Source: Dehalococcoidales bacterium (lineage in GTDB: Bacteria > Chloroflexota > Dehalococcoidia > Dehalococcoidales > UBA5627). From it: a DNA stretch of 64,000 nucleotides. A program made the translations under genes and the position numbers. How positions within the stretch are numbered: position 1 is the first letter of the stretch; each line of letters opens with the position of its first letter. The notes beneath the pieces were generated by a model, which saw only the letters and a program-made list of their open reading frames with translations, ran no database searches and had not been told where the DNA came from. The stretch covers positions 10,186-74,185 of the forward strand of contig JBBAED010000004.1 in NCBI GenBank assembly GCA_041656115.1, in the 5' to 3' direction. Below, piece by piece: positions 50,830-59,278 of the stretch.

Positions 50830-51385
50830 CATGTTATAAACCCGTTACCAAACGCTGCACTATGCGCCAACTCCCAGATTCTTCGACAGGCTCAGAATGA
50901 CATTACCGTCTTTGCGAGGAGTGAGTCGTCAGGCGAGTGACGTGGCAATCTCATACAGATTTATTAGAGATTGCTTCGCTGCGCTCGCAAAGACAAGGGT
51001 TTAGCCGTTCGTGGGACCCTTCGACAGGCTCAGGGCGAACGGGTCTTTTTTGTTATCCTGTTTTTCCCCCCTTGTCGTCCTGAACGTAGTGAAGGATCTA
51101 GGAGGATAGAAAATACAGGCTATGAGGTCGCCTCGGCAACAAATACGGGGCATCGTCCATACGCGATTTACTAACCTAACACTGCGCTATTCGCTAACCC
51201 CTAGATTCTTCGGCAAGTTCAGGGTGCTCGGAATTTGAATTGTCTTTGCGAGGAATAAGCCGTCAGGCGAGTGACGTGGCAATCTCTAAGGAATTTAATC
51301 TGTACGAGATTCTTCGCTTCGCTCGCAAAGACAGAGGAGGATTGCTTTGCCTTCCCTTCGGGAATGGTCTCGCAAAGACAAATAT
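50830..51385. repeat. nest of MITE-like intergenic repeats (families A, B, C) #6
   Basis: Reverse A fragment, B unit, C unit, A unit (TTGTCGTCCTGAACGTAGTGAAGGATCTAGGAGGA…), second B unit and the CCTTCCCTTCGGGAATGGTCTCGCAAAGACA module. Confidence 0.85.
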
Positions 51386-51505
51386 ATATATCATCCCAAA
51401 AGATAATCACAAAAAATAACCCGAGACACATTGCCCGGGCTATTTTAAAATACCATTTCAATCTAAAGCCGCTAATTCAATATTGTCAAAATCGACTTTT
51501 CCAAA

Positions 51506-52459
51506 CTATTCAGAGATGTCGCCAACCGATATCGCATAAGAATTAACATCTTCTCCGGCGGGAACAACAAACTTAAAGCGGAATTGCATACTGGCCCCCG
51601 GCTCAATGTCTCTGATATAAATTACCCTTGTCGCAATTTTTTCGTCTTTTACATCCCTAAAAAGGGTGGATACCGCGGCGTCCGTTTTAACATCGCTTAC
51701 GTTCTTAACCACGCCGGAAACCTCTACCGCATCACCGACCGGATTCATATCGTGGCTTTTAAGCTGCACTTTCTCGAATTCCGTGGTTATTGCTTTGCGT
51801 ACGGACACCTTATATGTTCTAAACGCTTCCGCTTCTTGTTTTGCGGGGGTTATATTGGCAGCGCAAATACTTTGCGGCTTAAACTCAAACTCTCGATGGC
51901 AAACAGTATCCAAAACATTCCCTTCACCATCACAAAAAACAACTTCTAAAACGGCAGTGGCCAATGTTTTTTCACCGCTATTTTTAAATTCCAATACTAA
52001 CGCACGCTTACTGCCGGAGCAAGTATCGGCTTCAACAATAACGTGCTTTAAAATTTCAACAGTGTCGCTGCCGATAACTTCAGGATCCGGGGTTAACACC
52101 GTTTTAACAACACTCGCCGTATAGCTTTGAATATCGGCCTCTGCCTTCGAATATTCAAACTCAACACTGCGCATACTGCCCTTATTAAAATCCGCTAAGC
52201 TTTCTTCAACGGTATCCGCAACACTACCGGAGGCATCATAAAAGGTAATCTTAAAAACAGCCTTCCCGATATCCTTATCGGCATTGTTTTTTAGATTCAA
52301 GACCACCCCGCGGCCTTTTGCCCCTTCTCCCTCTTTAATTAGCAGACTGTGGCTTATAACTTCAAGTTGTTCGTTCCCAACCGCCGTAGGCTCGGGCGGA
52401 GTACAGGGTTGAACGCCTTCATCAATTGTTTCTTCTTTCAAAATTTCCTTTTCAGACAA
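51506..52459 (-). CDS. hypothetical cytoplasmic protein with three ~95-aa beta-sandwich-like repeats (CARDB/Ig-like, tentative)
   Basis: 317 aa, no signal peptide. Three internal repeats sharing the pattern V-x-h-x-x-H-x-h ... K-N-x-S/G ... h-x-F-x-D-x-x-G-N-V-h-D. Confidence 0.6.
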   Translation of the reverse strand: MSEKEILKEETIDEGVQPCTPPEPTAVGNEQLEVISHSLLIKEGEGAKGRGVVLNLKNNADKDIGKAVFKITFYDASGSVADTVEESLADFNKGSMRSVEFEYSKAEADIQSYTASVVKTVLTPDPEVIGSDTVEILKHVIVEADTCSGSKRALVLEFKNSGEKTLATAVLEVVFCDGEGNVLDTVCHREFEFKPQSICAANITPAKQEAEAFRTYKVSVRKAITTEFEKVQLKSHDMNPVGDAVEVSGVVKNVSDVKTDAAVSTLFRDVKDEKIATRVIYIRDIEPGASMQFRFKFVVPAGEDVNSYAISVGDISE

Positions 52460-52516
52460 TCCGATTGCCTCCCTTTAATAATAATCAAGTCGAGACTAAT
52501 CCAAGTTGATATCAGA

Positions 52517-53608
52517 CTAAACCGCAATAATTTCCTCGGCTTGTGTCAGTTCACCGATATCGATATCGCGCTTTCTCACCCTTAAGCCTTCAGGGGCTTG
52601 GAACTTAATAACAAATTTTTGTACGTCTCCGGGCTTGATATCTTTTAATTCTAACGTCCGCACACCGATTGTTTCATCGTTAGCATCCAAATAATTAACT
52701 ACCATTACGGCATCGGCATTTTCATTACTGACATTTTTGACAAAGCCGCTTAATTCCTCACTGCCATCCGGAAGTATATTCACTTCATTACGGCGCAGCT
52801 GCACCTTTTCCAGCTCAGAGGTAATCGTTTTTGTTAGTTTTATATCATAGCTTCTAACAGTATCTGTCAGATATAAGTCAAGCGGAATAACAAGCACGCG
52901 ACTGACATCAACCATAATATCAAGTACAGTATGTTTTAGCGCCGTTACGAATTTACCTTCCGCATCAAAAAGATCCACTTCAAATATCGCTGTGGCAATA
53001 TTAAACCCCGAAATATTGTGGATTGCTATTTCAATATCTTTTTTAATTTCGTTTGTTTCTTCAATTGTGCTCTCATGAAAATTATGGCGCATAACAGCAA
53101 TTTTTTCGTTCCCGGTAACCTCGGGTGCAGGGGTTATTACCGTTTCTTTGACGTGAACATCGTAACTGATAACGTCAATATTTTCGGCTTTGGCAGTCAG
53201 AGCGCGCACGGTATAGGTATTACCGGCTTCAAAATCATTGATACTTCGTTCAATTTCATCAATTACGTTTCCTTTGGCATCAAAAAACACGATATCAAGC
53301 GCCAGTTTGCCGATAACATCTTCGGAGATATTTTTAACGGCGAAATTAACGCCCTTACCAAAACCGGGTTTATTTTCCTTTTTAAGAATCAATGAGTGGG
53401 AAACAAACTCTACTTTTTCATTACCGGTAACAGTAGGATCGGGAGCCTTGCGCGCCATTTCAGCCAGTTTTTCCGGTGTGGGCACACCCTCGCCGGAAAA
53501 TTCATTAAGATCAGCGAGAATCGCATCCAAGTCTTCTTCGTCTTGCCGGGGTGAAACAGGATTAACTTCCTGCGGATTTTCTTTTTCGGACAACTCAACC
53601 CTCCCCAT
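52517..53608 (-). CDS. paralogue of 51506..52459: three-repeat beta-sandwich-like protein with extended acidic N-terminus
   Basis: 363 aa, same three-repeat architecture (…NFAVKNISEDVIGKLALDIVFFDAKGNVIDEIE…). Tandem with its paralogue, same strand. Confidence 0.6.
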   Translation of the reverse strand: MGRVELSEKENPQEVNPVSPRQDEEDLDAILADLNEFSGEGVPTPEKLAEMARKAPDPTVTGNEKVEFVSHSLILKKENKPGFGKGVNFAVKNISEDVIGKLALDIVFFDAKGNVIDEIERSINDFEAGNTYTVRALTAKAENIDVISYDVHVKETVITPAPEVTGNEKIAVMRHNFHESTIEETNEIKKDIEIAIHNISGFNIATAIFEVDLFDAEGKFVTALKHTVLDIMVDVSRVLVIPLDLYLTDTVRSYDIKLTKTITSELEKVQLRRNEVNILPDGSEELSGFVKNVSNENADAVMVVNYLDANDETIGVRTLELKDIKPGDVQKFVIKFQAPEGLRVRKRDIDIGELTQAEEIIAV

Positions 53609-53689
53609 AAATATTTTGTAAATTGAATTCGGTATTAAACCGATTTATTTATTATTCTAAATAGCATTGTACTTTATCAAGATTAGCAT

Positions 53690-54019
53690 CTAATCCGAAC
53701 GAATCATCACCAGCATCATTTTAAAGCGTTCCGTTGCCTTTAGCGAATGCGGCTGGTTTGCCGGCATAATTATAAACTCACCGCGCCGAACTGTTAGCGG
53801 CTCTCCTGAAATAGTAACTTCGGTTTCTCCGTCCGCCACATATACAAACGCATCATAGGGAGCCGTATGTTCGCTTAAACCTTGCCCTTTATCGAAGGCA
53901 AACAGTGTAATGGTTCCTGTTTTCTTGTTAAGAACGGTTTTTGATACCACCGAACCTTCCTGGTAGTCAATTAAGTTTTCAAGATCCAATGCTTTTCCGA
54001 TTAACGTACTCTCACTCAT
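53690..54019 (-). CDS. cupin-domain protein
   Basis: 109 aa. The GLSEHTAPYDAFVYVADGE and IIMPANQPH segments fit the two cupin motifs. Confidence 0.7.
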   Translation of the reverse strand: MSESTLIGKALDLENLIDYQEGSVVSKTVLNKKTGTITLFAFDKGQGLSEHTAPYDAFVYVADGETEVTISGEPLTVRRGEFIIMPANQPHSLKATERFKMMLVMIRSD

Positions 54020-54158
54020 ACAACACTCCTTAAAATTAACTCTTTGGCTATCGATTTACCAACCGATATTATAACATTTTAAAGAGGCATTTATAAATTG
54101 AGGCAGGGTTTTCGGCTCATTTCGAGTTTATAAACAGGGTCGTCCGAGAGCCGTAAAA

Positions 54159-54668
54159 TTAATTAATCTTTAGTAAATCAATTTTGAAGGTTAAATCTTT
54201 GCCTGCCAGAGGATGATTCGCATCAATAGTAACATCTTCATTTGAGGCGGCAATAACCTGCACCTGCGAAATATATCCACCGCCGGTCGACATTGTGAGA
54301 TAATCGCCAACCTTTACATTCTCGCCGCCTTGTATTTGGCTTCTTTTGATTGTGATTATAAGGTCTTCTTGATATTCCCCGTAAGCATTCGCTGCGGCAA
54401 TAGTAATTGTTTTCGTTTCTTTTTCTTTCATCCCGATAATTGCCGCCTCGAAATCGGAAATCATTGAACCTTTGCCAAGCACAAACTCAAGCGGCTGACC
54501 TCCGACCGATGTTTCGTATACGATACCGTCGGGAAGCGATAAAGTATAATCCACCTTCACCGTATCTCCGTTTTGGGCGATAACGGAACTGCAAGAAGAT
54601 AGAACTGCCAAACCAAAAAGGGATACGAGAACCAAAACAGAGGCGATAACCGGACGAACTTTTTTCAA
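54159..54668 (-). CDS. FKBP-type peptidyl-prolyl cis-trans isomerase lipoprotein
   Basis: Signal peptide plus lipobox (LSSCSS), FKBP core GDTVKVDYTLSLPDGIVYETS…LEFVLGKGSMISDFEAAIIGM. Confidence 0.8.
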   Translation of the reverse strand: MKKVRPVIASVLVLVSLFGLAVLSSCSSVIAQNGDTVKVDYTLSLPDGIVYETSVGGQPLEFVLGKGSMISDFEAAIIGMKEKETKTITIAAANAYGEYQEDLIITIKRSQIQGGENVKVGDYLTMSTGGGYISQVQVIAASNEDVTIDANHPLAGKDLTFKIDLLKIN

Positions 54669-54704
54669 TTTTTTACTCCCGCTTAAGATTGCATTACGGA
54701 AAAT

Positions 54705-54893
54705 TTAATTTATTTTAATGGCGCCGGTAGGGCATTTTCTTTCACAGCCGCGTAACTTGTCGCACTTTTCTTGTTCGGTTACGGAACAAGTACCGGTTTC
54801 TTTATCCATATACAATATCTGCTGAGGGCATATTTTAATGCATACGCCGCAGCCGGAACAGAGTTCTTTATTGATTGATACGATTTCTTTCAT
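54705..54893 (-). CDS. 2x[4Fe-4S] ferredoxin
   Basis: 62 aa with CSGCGVCIKICP and CDKLRGCERKCP clusters. Confidence 0.7.
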   Translation of the reverse strand: MKEIVSINKELCSGCGVCIKICPQQILYMDKETGTCSVTEQEKCDKLRGCERKCPTGAIKIN

Positions 54894-55107
54894 AAACGGT
54901 ACGATTATAACGCAGGCAGAATATCTATCAATTATAACTGTTGTTAAGAGGGCTGTCTAACACAAGGTTATTTTATCCCTAAAGCGCAATTTGGAATGAA
55001 GTCGGGAAACGAGAAAGGGTATTGTAAAATTAAAATTCGGTGCTATGATTGGATATAAGAAATTTAAGATTTATTATCGAAGCTTACAGGATAAGGAGAC
55101 CATCAAA

Positions 55108-55254
55108 ATGCCTAAACCGTGTGAAAACTGCCCAATCAAACGCTACTCCGATAAAAAACCGAACTCGTTTATTGCTAAAATTTGGAAATGGCACACAAGC
55201 TGGTGCCCGGGGTGGAAATCCTATCAAGCTGAACTAAACAAGAAAGCGGATTAA
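55108..55254 (+). CDS. hypothetical small Cys-containing protein (48 aa)
   Basis: RBS AAGGAGA 8 nt before the ATG. MPKPCENCPIKRY…WHTSWCPGW. The longer ORF-track version 55045.. is probably over-extended. Confidence 0.35.
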   Translation: MPKPCENCPIKRYSDKKPNSFIAKIWKWHTSWCPGWKSYQAELNKKAD

Positions 55255-55285
55255 GCGCCGAATCAGAAAAGATTAATAGGTTTTT

Positions 55286-55320
55286 ACCTCTTAATGTGGG
55301 AATGTTTTTTTGTGTATAAT
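55286..55320 (+). promoter_or_regulatory. promoter module copy A (ACCTCTTAATGTGGGAATGTTTT…GTGTATAAT)
   Basis: Extended -10-like GTGTATAAT 30 nt upstream of the 55351 start codon. Near-identical to copy B at 57438..57471. Confidence 0.4.
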
Positions 55321-55350
55321 TTCACTGTAATTCGTTTAGGAGGATAGCTA

Positions 55351-55842
55351 ATGACAACTGAGATTGGGGAGTATATGGTAGGAGCCTGTTTGAAGCTCCT
55401 AGATGAGTTTCAATGTGATTTTGTTGAATATAATATCCGACGTCCAGGTGGTAAGTTAGCTGGTTTGAAAGAAATTGATGTTATCGGACTGAAGCTTAAA
55501 GATAAAGAGGCATATCTTTGTGAAGTAACAACTCACTTGGGCGGGTTATTGTATGTTAATAATACTAACTCGATAAAAAGAATTAATGACAAATTTAATA
55601 ATCTCCGTGATTATGCGGAAAAATATCTGTCAGAGTATAAACCACGATTTATGTTATGGTCGCCAAAAGTAAGCGCAAGTGTTGCCAATGAATTAGAAAA
55701 GATTGATGGTTTAGAACTGGTTATCAACGGTAGATATACTTCATATATTAGGTTGTTAGAGGATGAAGCAAGGAAGGGTACACACGATACGGGGAATCCT
55801 GTCTTCCGGGTATTACAGATATTGGGACATTTAGTAAAATAG
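55351..55842 (+). CDS. hypothetical protein, possible degenerate PD-(D/E)xK-like fold
   Basis: 163 aa, RBS TAGGAGGA. Conserved-looking E…EIDVIG…CEVT arrangement resembles a restriction-endonuclease-like core but lacks the catalytic Lys. Assignment is tentative. Confidence 0.45.
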   Translation: MTTEIGEYMVGACLKLLDEFQCDFVEYNIRRPGGKLAGLKEIDVIGLKLKDKEAYLCEVTTHLGGLLYVNNTNSIKRINDKFNNLRDYAEKYLSEYKPRFMLWSPKVSASVANELEKIDGLELVINGRYTSYIRLLEDEARKGTHDTGNPVFRVLQILGHLVK

Positions 55843-55864
55843 AATATCAGCCATAATCGATAAC

Positions 55865-55897
55865 AAAAAAAGTAGCAGCGACTGGAATTGAACCGGT
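55865..55897 (-). repeat. partial duplicate of the 3' end of tRNA-Met (T-arm plus acceptor 3' strand plus U-tract), putative att repeat
   Basis: AAAAAAGTAGCAGCGACTGGAATTGAACCGGT is identical over ~30 nt to the 3' end of the intact tRNA at 58070..58141, then diverges. Confidence 0.6.
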
Positions 55898-56073
55898 AAC
55901 TAAGAGTTTATAAGTTGCGGTCTCATATTTAACTTCCCTTGCTTAACAAATAGTTTTTTAGAGAGCCTGTTATATATTTCAAAAATAAAAGATACACAAA
56001 ATGGCTTTAACGGGGTTATTTTTGCAGTATAGTGCGTTTGGGAGTGGTATAATTAACATTGAGAGGTGGGAAT

Positions 56074-57177
56074 ATGGCAACACTAAGATTGAAATTTAGC
56101 GTCACCTTAAAAGAAAGCAAATTACATTTCTCACATCACGGTCCCTTATTTCATAGATGGCTCCCTAATGGAGAAAATGATGCTATAGTAAAGCGGAATC
56201 AAGAAAAAGGGGTGGAAATAAAGTTTTGGTTCGAACGATGCGGCTTTGAGAACCATGGCTTCATCGAATTCGATGAAAACCGACGAGAAGTTGATCTCGA
56301 TATAATGGCCAAACAAGGGGTTCTTGATGCAGGCCCTCTTAAGGGAATGCTCGTAATACAAGATGTGAAGCAAGAAGAAATAGATGCTTTGCAACTGAAC
56401 AGAAGTGGCAGCCCTCATTACGAATCGCTTGGAAAGAGAATTGTGGCAATACTTTACCCAGAAATCTCACGCATTATAAACATTCTTCGCACAAATTTTG
56501 GACAATATTGGATTCGCCCCTTAGAGAGATGGAATTCGCACGAACACTTATTAGGCAGCTATTGCGGCTTAACACTTGGTCTTAAGTGGAACGTTGATGG
56601 AAGTGATAATTGGGCAGACTTTATTCCAAACAACCCTGAGGGTATTTTTAGAGTAATACTTGGGTTAGAAAAAGATTTCAAAGAATATATTACACAAGAT
56701 GATTGGGCCACTCTTAGTGGGATAATTGCAAACGAATATAGTCCTTCAACTGCTGCACTCTTGCTTGCGCAAACACATCAATATTTAGACCAAGGCAACA
56801 TAAAATATGCATTTATTGAAGGGATCACTGCTCTTGAAATAGCAATTGAAGAATTTATTCGAGGAAATATCATGGGAAACAAAAAACTTGAAAAGGGCAT
56901 TGCAGGCTTTTGGAATCTTCCTCTTAATACAAAAATGATTACTATATCAACAACACTGGGCAATGTTGATTCTGATGATATTAATAACACCATTGAAGCA
57001 ATCGAGACAAGAAATAAAATTGTCCATGATAACTATAACCCCCTTGATAGCCTAAGACCCCAAGTTTTGAGTTTGCTAAAAATAACTTCAGCATTGATTT
57101 CGGGTCCAGAATTGAGGTTTCCAACAATAAACCCTGGTAATGCCTTAAAGCCAAAAGAGACTTGGGAAGATTCCTAG
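56074..57177 (+). CDS. hypothetical protein with C-terminal HEPN-like domain (R-x4-H motif), candidate abortive-infection/defence effector
   Basis: 367 aa, RBS GAGGTGGG, upstream TGGTATAAT extended -10. The C-terminal alpha-helical ~120 aa carry ETRNKIVHDNY (R-x4-H-x-x-Y). AT-rich. Confidence 0.45.
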   Translation: MATLRLKFSVTLKESKLHFSHHGPLFHRWLPNGENDAIVKRNQEKGVEIKFWFERCGFENHGFIEFDENRREVDLDIMAKQGVLDAGPLKGMLVIQDVKQEEIDALQLNRSGSPHYESLGKRIVAILYPEISRIINILRTNFGQYWIRPLERWNSHEHLLGSYCGLTLGLKWNVDGSDNWADFIPNNPEGIFRVILGLEKDFKEYITQDDWATLSGIIANEYSPSTAALLLAQTHQYLDQGNIKYAFIEGITALEIAIEEFIRGNIMGNKKLEKGIAGFWNLPLNTKMITISTTLGNVDSDDINNTIEAIETRNKIVHDNYNPLDSLRPQVLSLLKITSALISGPELRFPTINPGNALKPKETWEDS

Positions 57178-57437
57178 CGCCTCATTTATATATGTAATTA
57201 CGATTTTGAATATATTCGGCGCTATTTCTAACATTGTAGACTGAGCAATTCGCCTAGCCCCGTCTAATAACCAAGACGGAGAATTAAAACCCTGCTCCTG
57301 TTATCCTCGGCCTTATGAGAGGGTAGAAATTAGTCAATCGCCTGTTTTGTAATAGTTTTAGACATCGAGGCCATTCTTCTTCTCATTTAGTTGCGAGAGA
57401 TGATAGCCTCGAACTACTCGAAGGTCAATAGCTTTTC

Positions 57438-57471
57438 ACCTCTTAATGTGGGAATGTTTTGGGTGTATAAT
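57438..57471 (+). promoter_or_regulatory. promoter module copy B
   Basis: ACCTCTTAATGTGGGAATGTTTTGGGTGTATAAT, 32 nt upstream of the 57504 start codon. Differs from copy A at only ~3 positions. Confidence 0.4.
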
Positions 57472-57503
57472 AATCTCATAAGTAAATTGTAGGAGTTGTA
57501 TAG

Positions 57504-58064
57504 ATGGGTAAAATAAAAGAACGAACAAATGCTGAAAGAGAAAATGTTGTTAAACCTTTAAAGAAATGGTTAGAGTCACAGAATACAAAGTGGGAGACCT
57601 ATATGCCGCCACATCCCACATCAAAGGGCTGGGATTTAGAGGCTAGTAGGCCAAATTGCGACTTGTTAATAGAAGCTAAATATATTCAACGGTCCTTTAT
57701 TGCTTCATTTTCTTATTTGGTAACTTCTCCATTACCAGACCGTAAACAATATTTTGCAGTCAGAAAACCTAAAAAATGGTGTGCACACCATTGTTGGGCT
57801 ATAGGATCATCAAATTATAAAACAAGAGAACTTTACCAGTTGATATTTGATTATCTAATACGTTGTCCAACTTTTTGGAGACATTATAAAGAAGATTTGG
57901 GTATGAAATATGTATACTTTGTGATAAATGGAAAGGTAGCCAAAGTCGATTTTGGTAAATTATTAGATTATTCTGAAACTTATAAAAAAAATACTGCTGA
58001 AAAGACAACGGAGGGAAAAAGAGCTATAGCTGAAGATCTAATGAAAAATGTTAAGTACACATAA
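57504..58064 (+). CDS. hypothetical PD-(D/E)xK-like nuclease-fold protein
   Basis: 186 aa. GWDLEA …(14 aa)… CDLLIEAKY gives a D…ExK arrangement with typical spacing. AT-rich. The gene ends 4 nt before the tRNA-Met 3' end. Confidence 0.45.
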   Translation: MGKIKERTNAERENVVKPLKKWLESQNTKWETYMPPHPTSKGWDLEASRPNCDLLIEAKYIQRSFIASFSYLVTSPLPDRKQYFAVRKPKKWCAHHCWAIGSSNYKTRELYQLIFDYLIRCPTFWRHYKEDLGMKYVYFVINGKVAKVDFGKLLDYSETYKKNTAEKTTEGKRAIAEDLMKNVKYT

Positions 58065-58069
58065 AAAAG

Positions 58070-58141
58070 TAGCAGCGACTGGAATTGAACCAGTGACCAA
58101 GGGCTTATGAGTCCCCTGCTCTACCTCTGAGCTACGCTGCC
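58070..58141 (-). tRNA. tRNA-Met or tRNA-Ile2 (CAU anticodon), no encoded CCA
   Basis: Minus strand GGCAGCGUAGCUCAGAGGUAGAGCAGGGGACUCAUAAGCCCUUGGUCACUGGUUCAAUUCCAGUCGCUGCUA. Cloverleaf with anticodon loop CUCAUAA and an unusual A:G at the loop-closing pair. Confidence 0.75.
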
Positions 58142-58590
58142 ACGCCAAAGACTTATTCTAATGTCTGAAATATTGTATTGATAAGACGATTTCTTGTCAA
58201 CTATCGGCAAGGTTTACTTTTTCTCATACTCTTTACAATAAACCGCATGCGGACGCTCCCTGTTATGGCAGGCACTGCGCCAGTTCCATTTACAGTTACC
58301 GCAAAGAACAACGTTTATCCCGAGTGCTCTTTTTATATTAATGATTATCCGATTTTTTAAGGGAATTTGTTGCATTTTTTTACGAATTTACTATAAAACT
58401 GATTAAGAACAGTGCTATTATAACAATTCAAACAGAGAAACGTAAAGCTCCGATAAAACATTACCGAATCGTCCGTAAGTCCCGCTACGAATTACGAGCG
58501 CGCTTTCTTTTTGGTATAATACAGGTTATTGCAAATCGTATTGTTTTTACTTATATCACATAATCTGCTTACGAAAAAAGGTTTTTATAG

Positions 58591-59250
58591 ATGAATACGT
58601 CGTATCGCTTCGTTATTATCAGCGCGGTTTTTGTAACCGCATTAATAACCGCCAATGTAATGTCGGTTAAAGTCATCGAACTTGGTTCTTTAATAATGCC
58701 GGCGGCGGTAATTATATTCCCGCTAAGTTACATATTCGGTGATATCTTAACCGAGGTTTACGGCTACCGCTGGGCACGCCGGGTTATCTGGCTCGGGTTC
58801 GGATGTAACCTGATATTTGTTCTTTTTACCTACCTGGGGCAGTTAATGCCGGCAGCTTCCTTTTGGACCGACCAGCAAGCATACGAAAGCATACTGGGCT
58901 ATGTCCCCAGATTGTTACTGGCTTCCCTGTGTGGCTATCTGGTAGGGGAATTTATTAACTCTTTTATAATGGCAAAGATGAAAGTGGCAACAAAGGGACG
59001 CTGGCTTTGGGCACGCACCATCGGCTCAACAGTTTTCGGAGAAGGCTTGGATACAGCCATATTTGTTATAATCGCCTATATCGGAACGGCTTCCTTTGTT
59101 CCGATAATGATTCTTTATCACTGGCTGATAAAGGTCGGAATTGAAGTTCTGGCAACGCCTCTAACCTATAAAGCGGTCAACTATTTAAAAAGAACGGAAA
59201 ACGTGGATGTTTTTGATGAAAACACCAATTTTAACCCTTTTAAATTTTAG
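58591..59250 (+). CDS. yhhQ: queuosine-precursor transporter (YhhQ/VUT family, DUF165)
   Basis: 219 aa, 6 TM helices. SVKVIELGSLIMPAAVIIFPLSYIFGDILTEVYGY matches the YhhQ N-terminal signature. Confidence 0.75.
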   Translation: MNTSYRFVIISAVFVTALITANVMSVKVIELGSLIMPAAVIIFPLSYIFGDILTEVYGYRWARRVIWLGFGCNLIFVLFTYLGQLMPAASFWTDQQAYESILGYVPRLLLASLCGYLVGEFINSFIMAKMKVATKGRWLWARTIGSTVFGEGLDTAIFVIIAYIGTASFVPIMILYHWLIKVGIEVLATPLTYKAVNYLKRTENVDVFDENTNFNPFKF

Positions 59251-59278
59251 ATGAATTTCTGAGTAAGGCAATAAAGCT

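Noticed and set aside
55860-58145. Whether the tRNA-Met islet is a prophage or an integrative plasmid.
   Set aside because: It is only ~2.2 kb and has no integrase, excisionase, capsid, replication or transfer genes. It is better described as a remnant or mobilisable islet.
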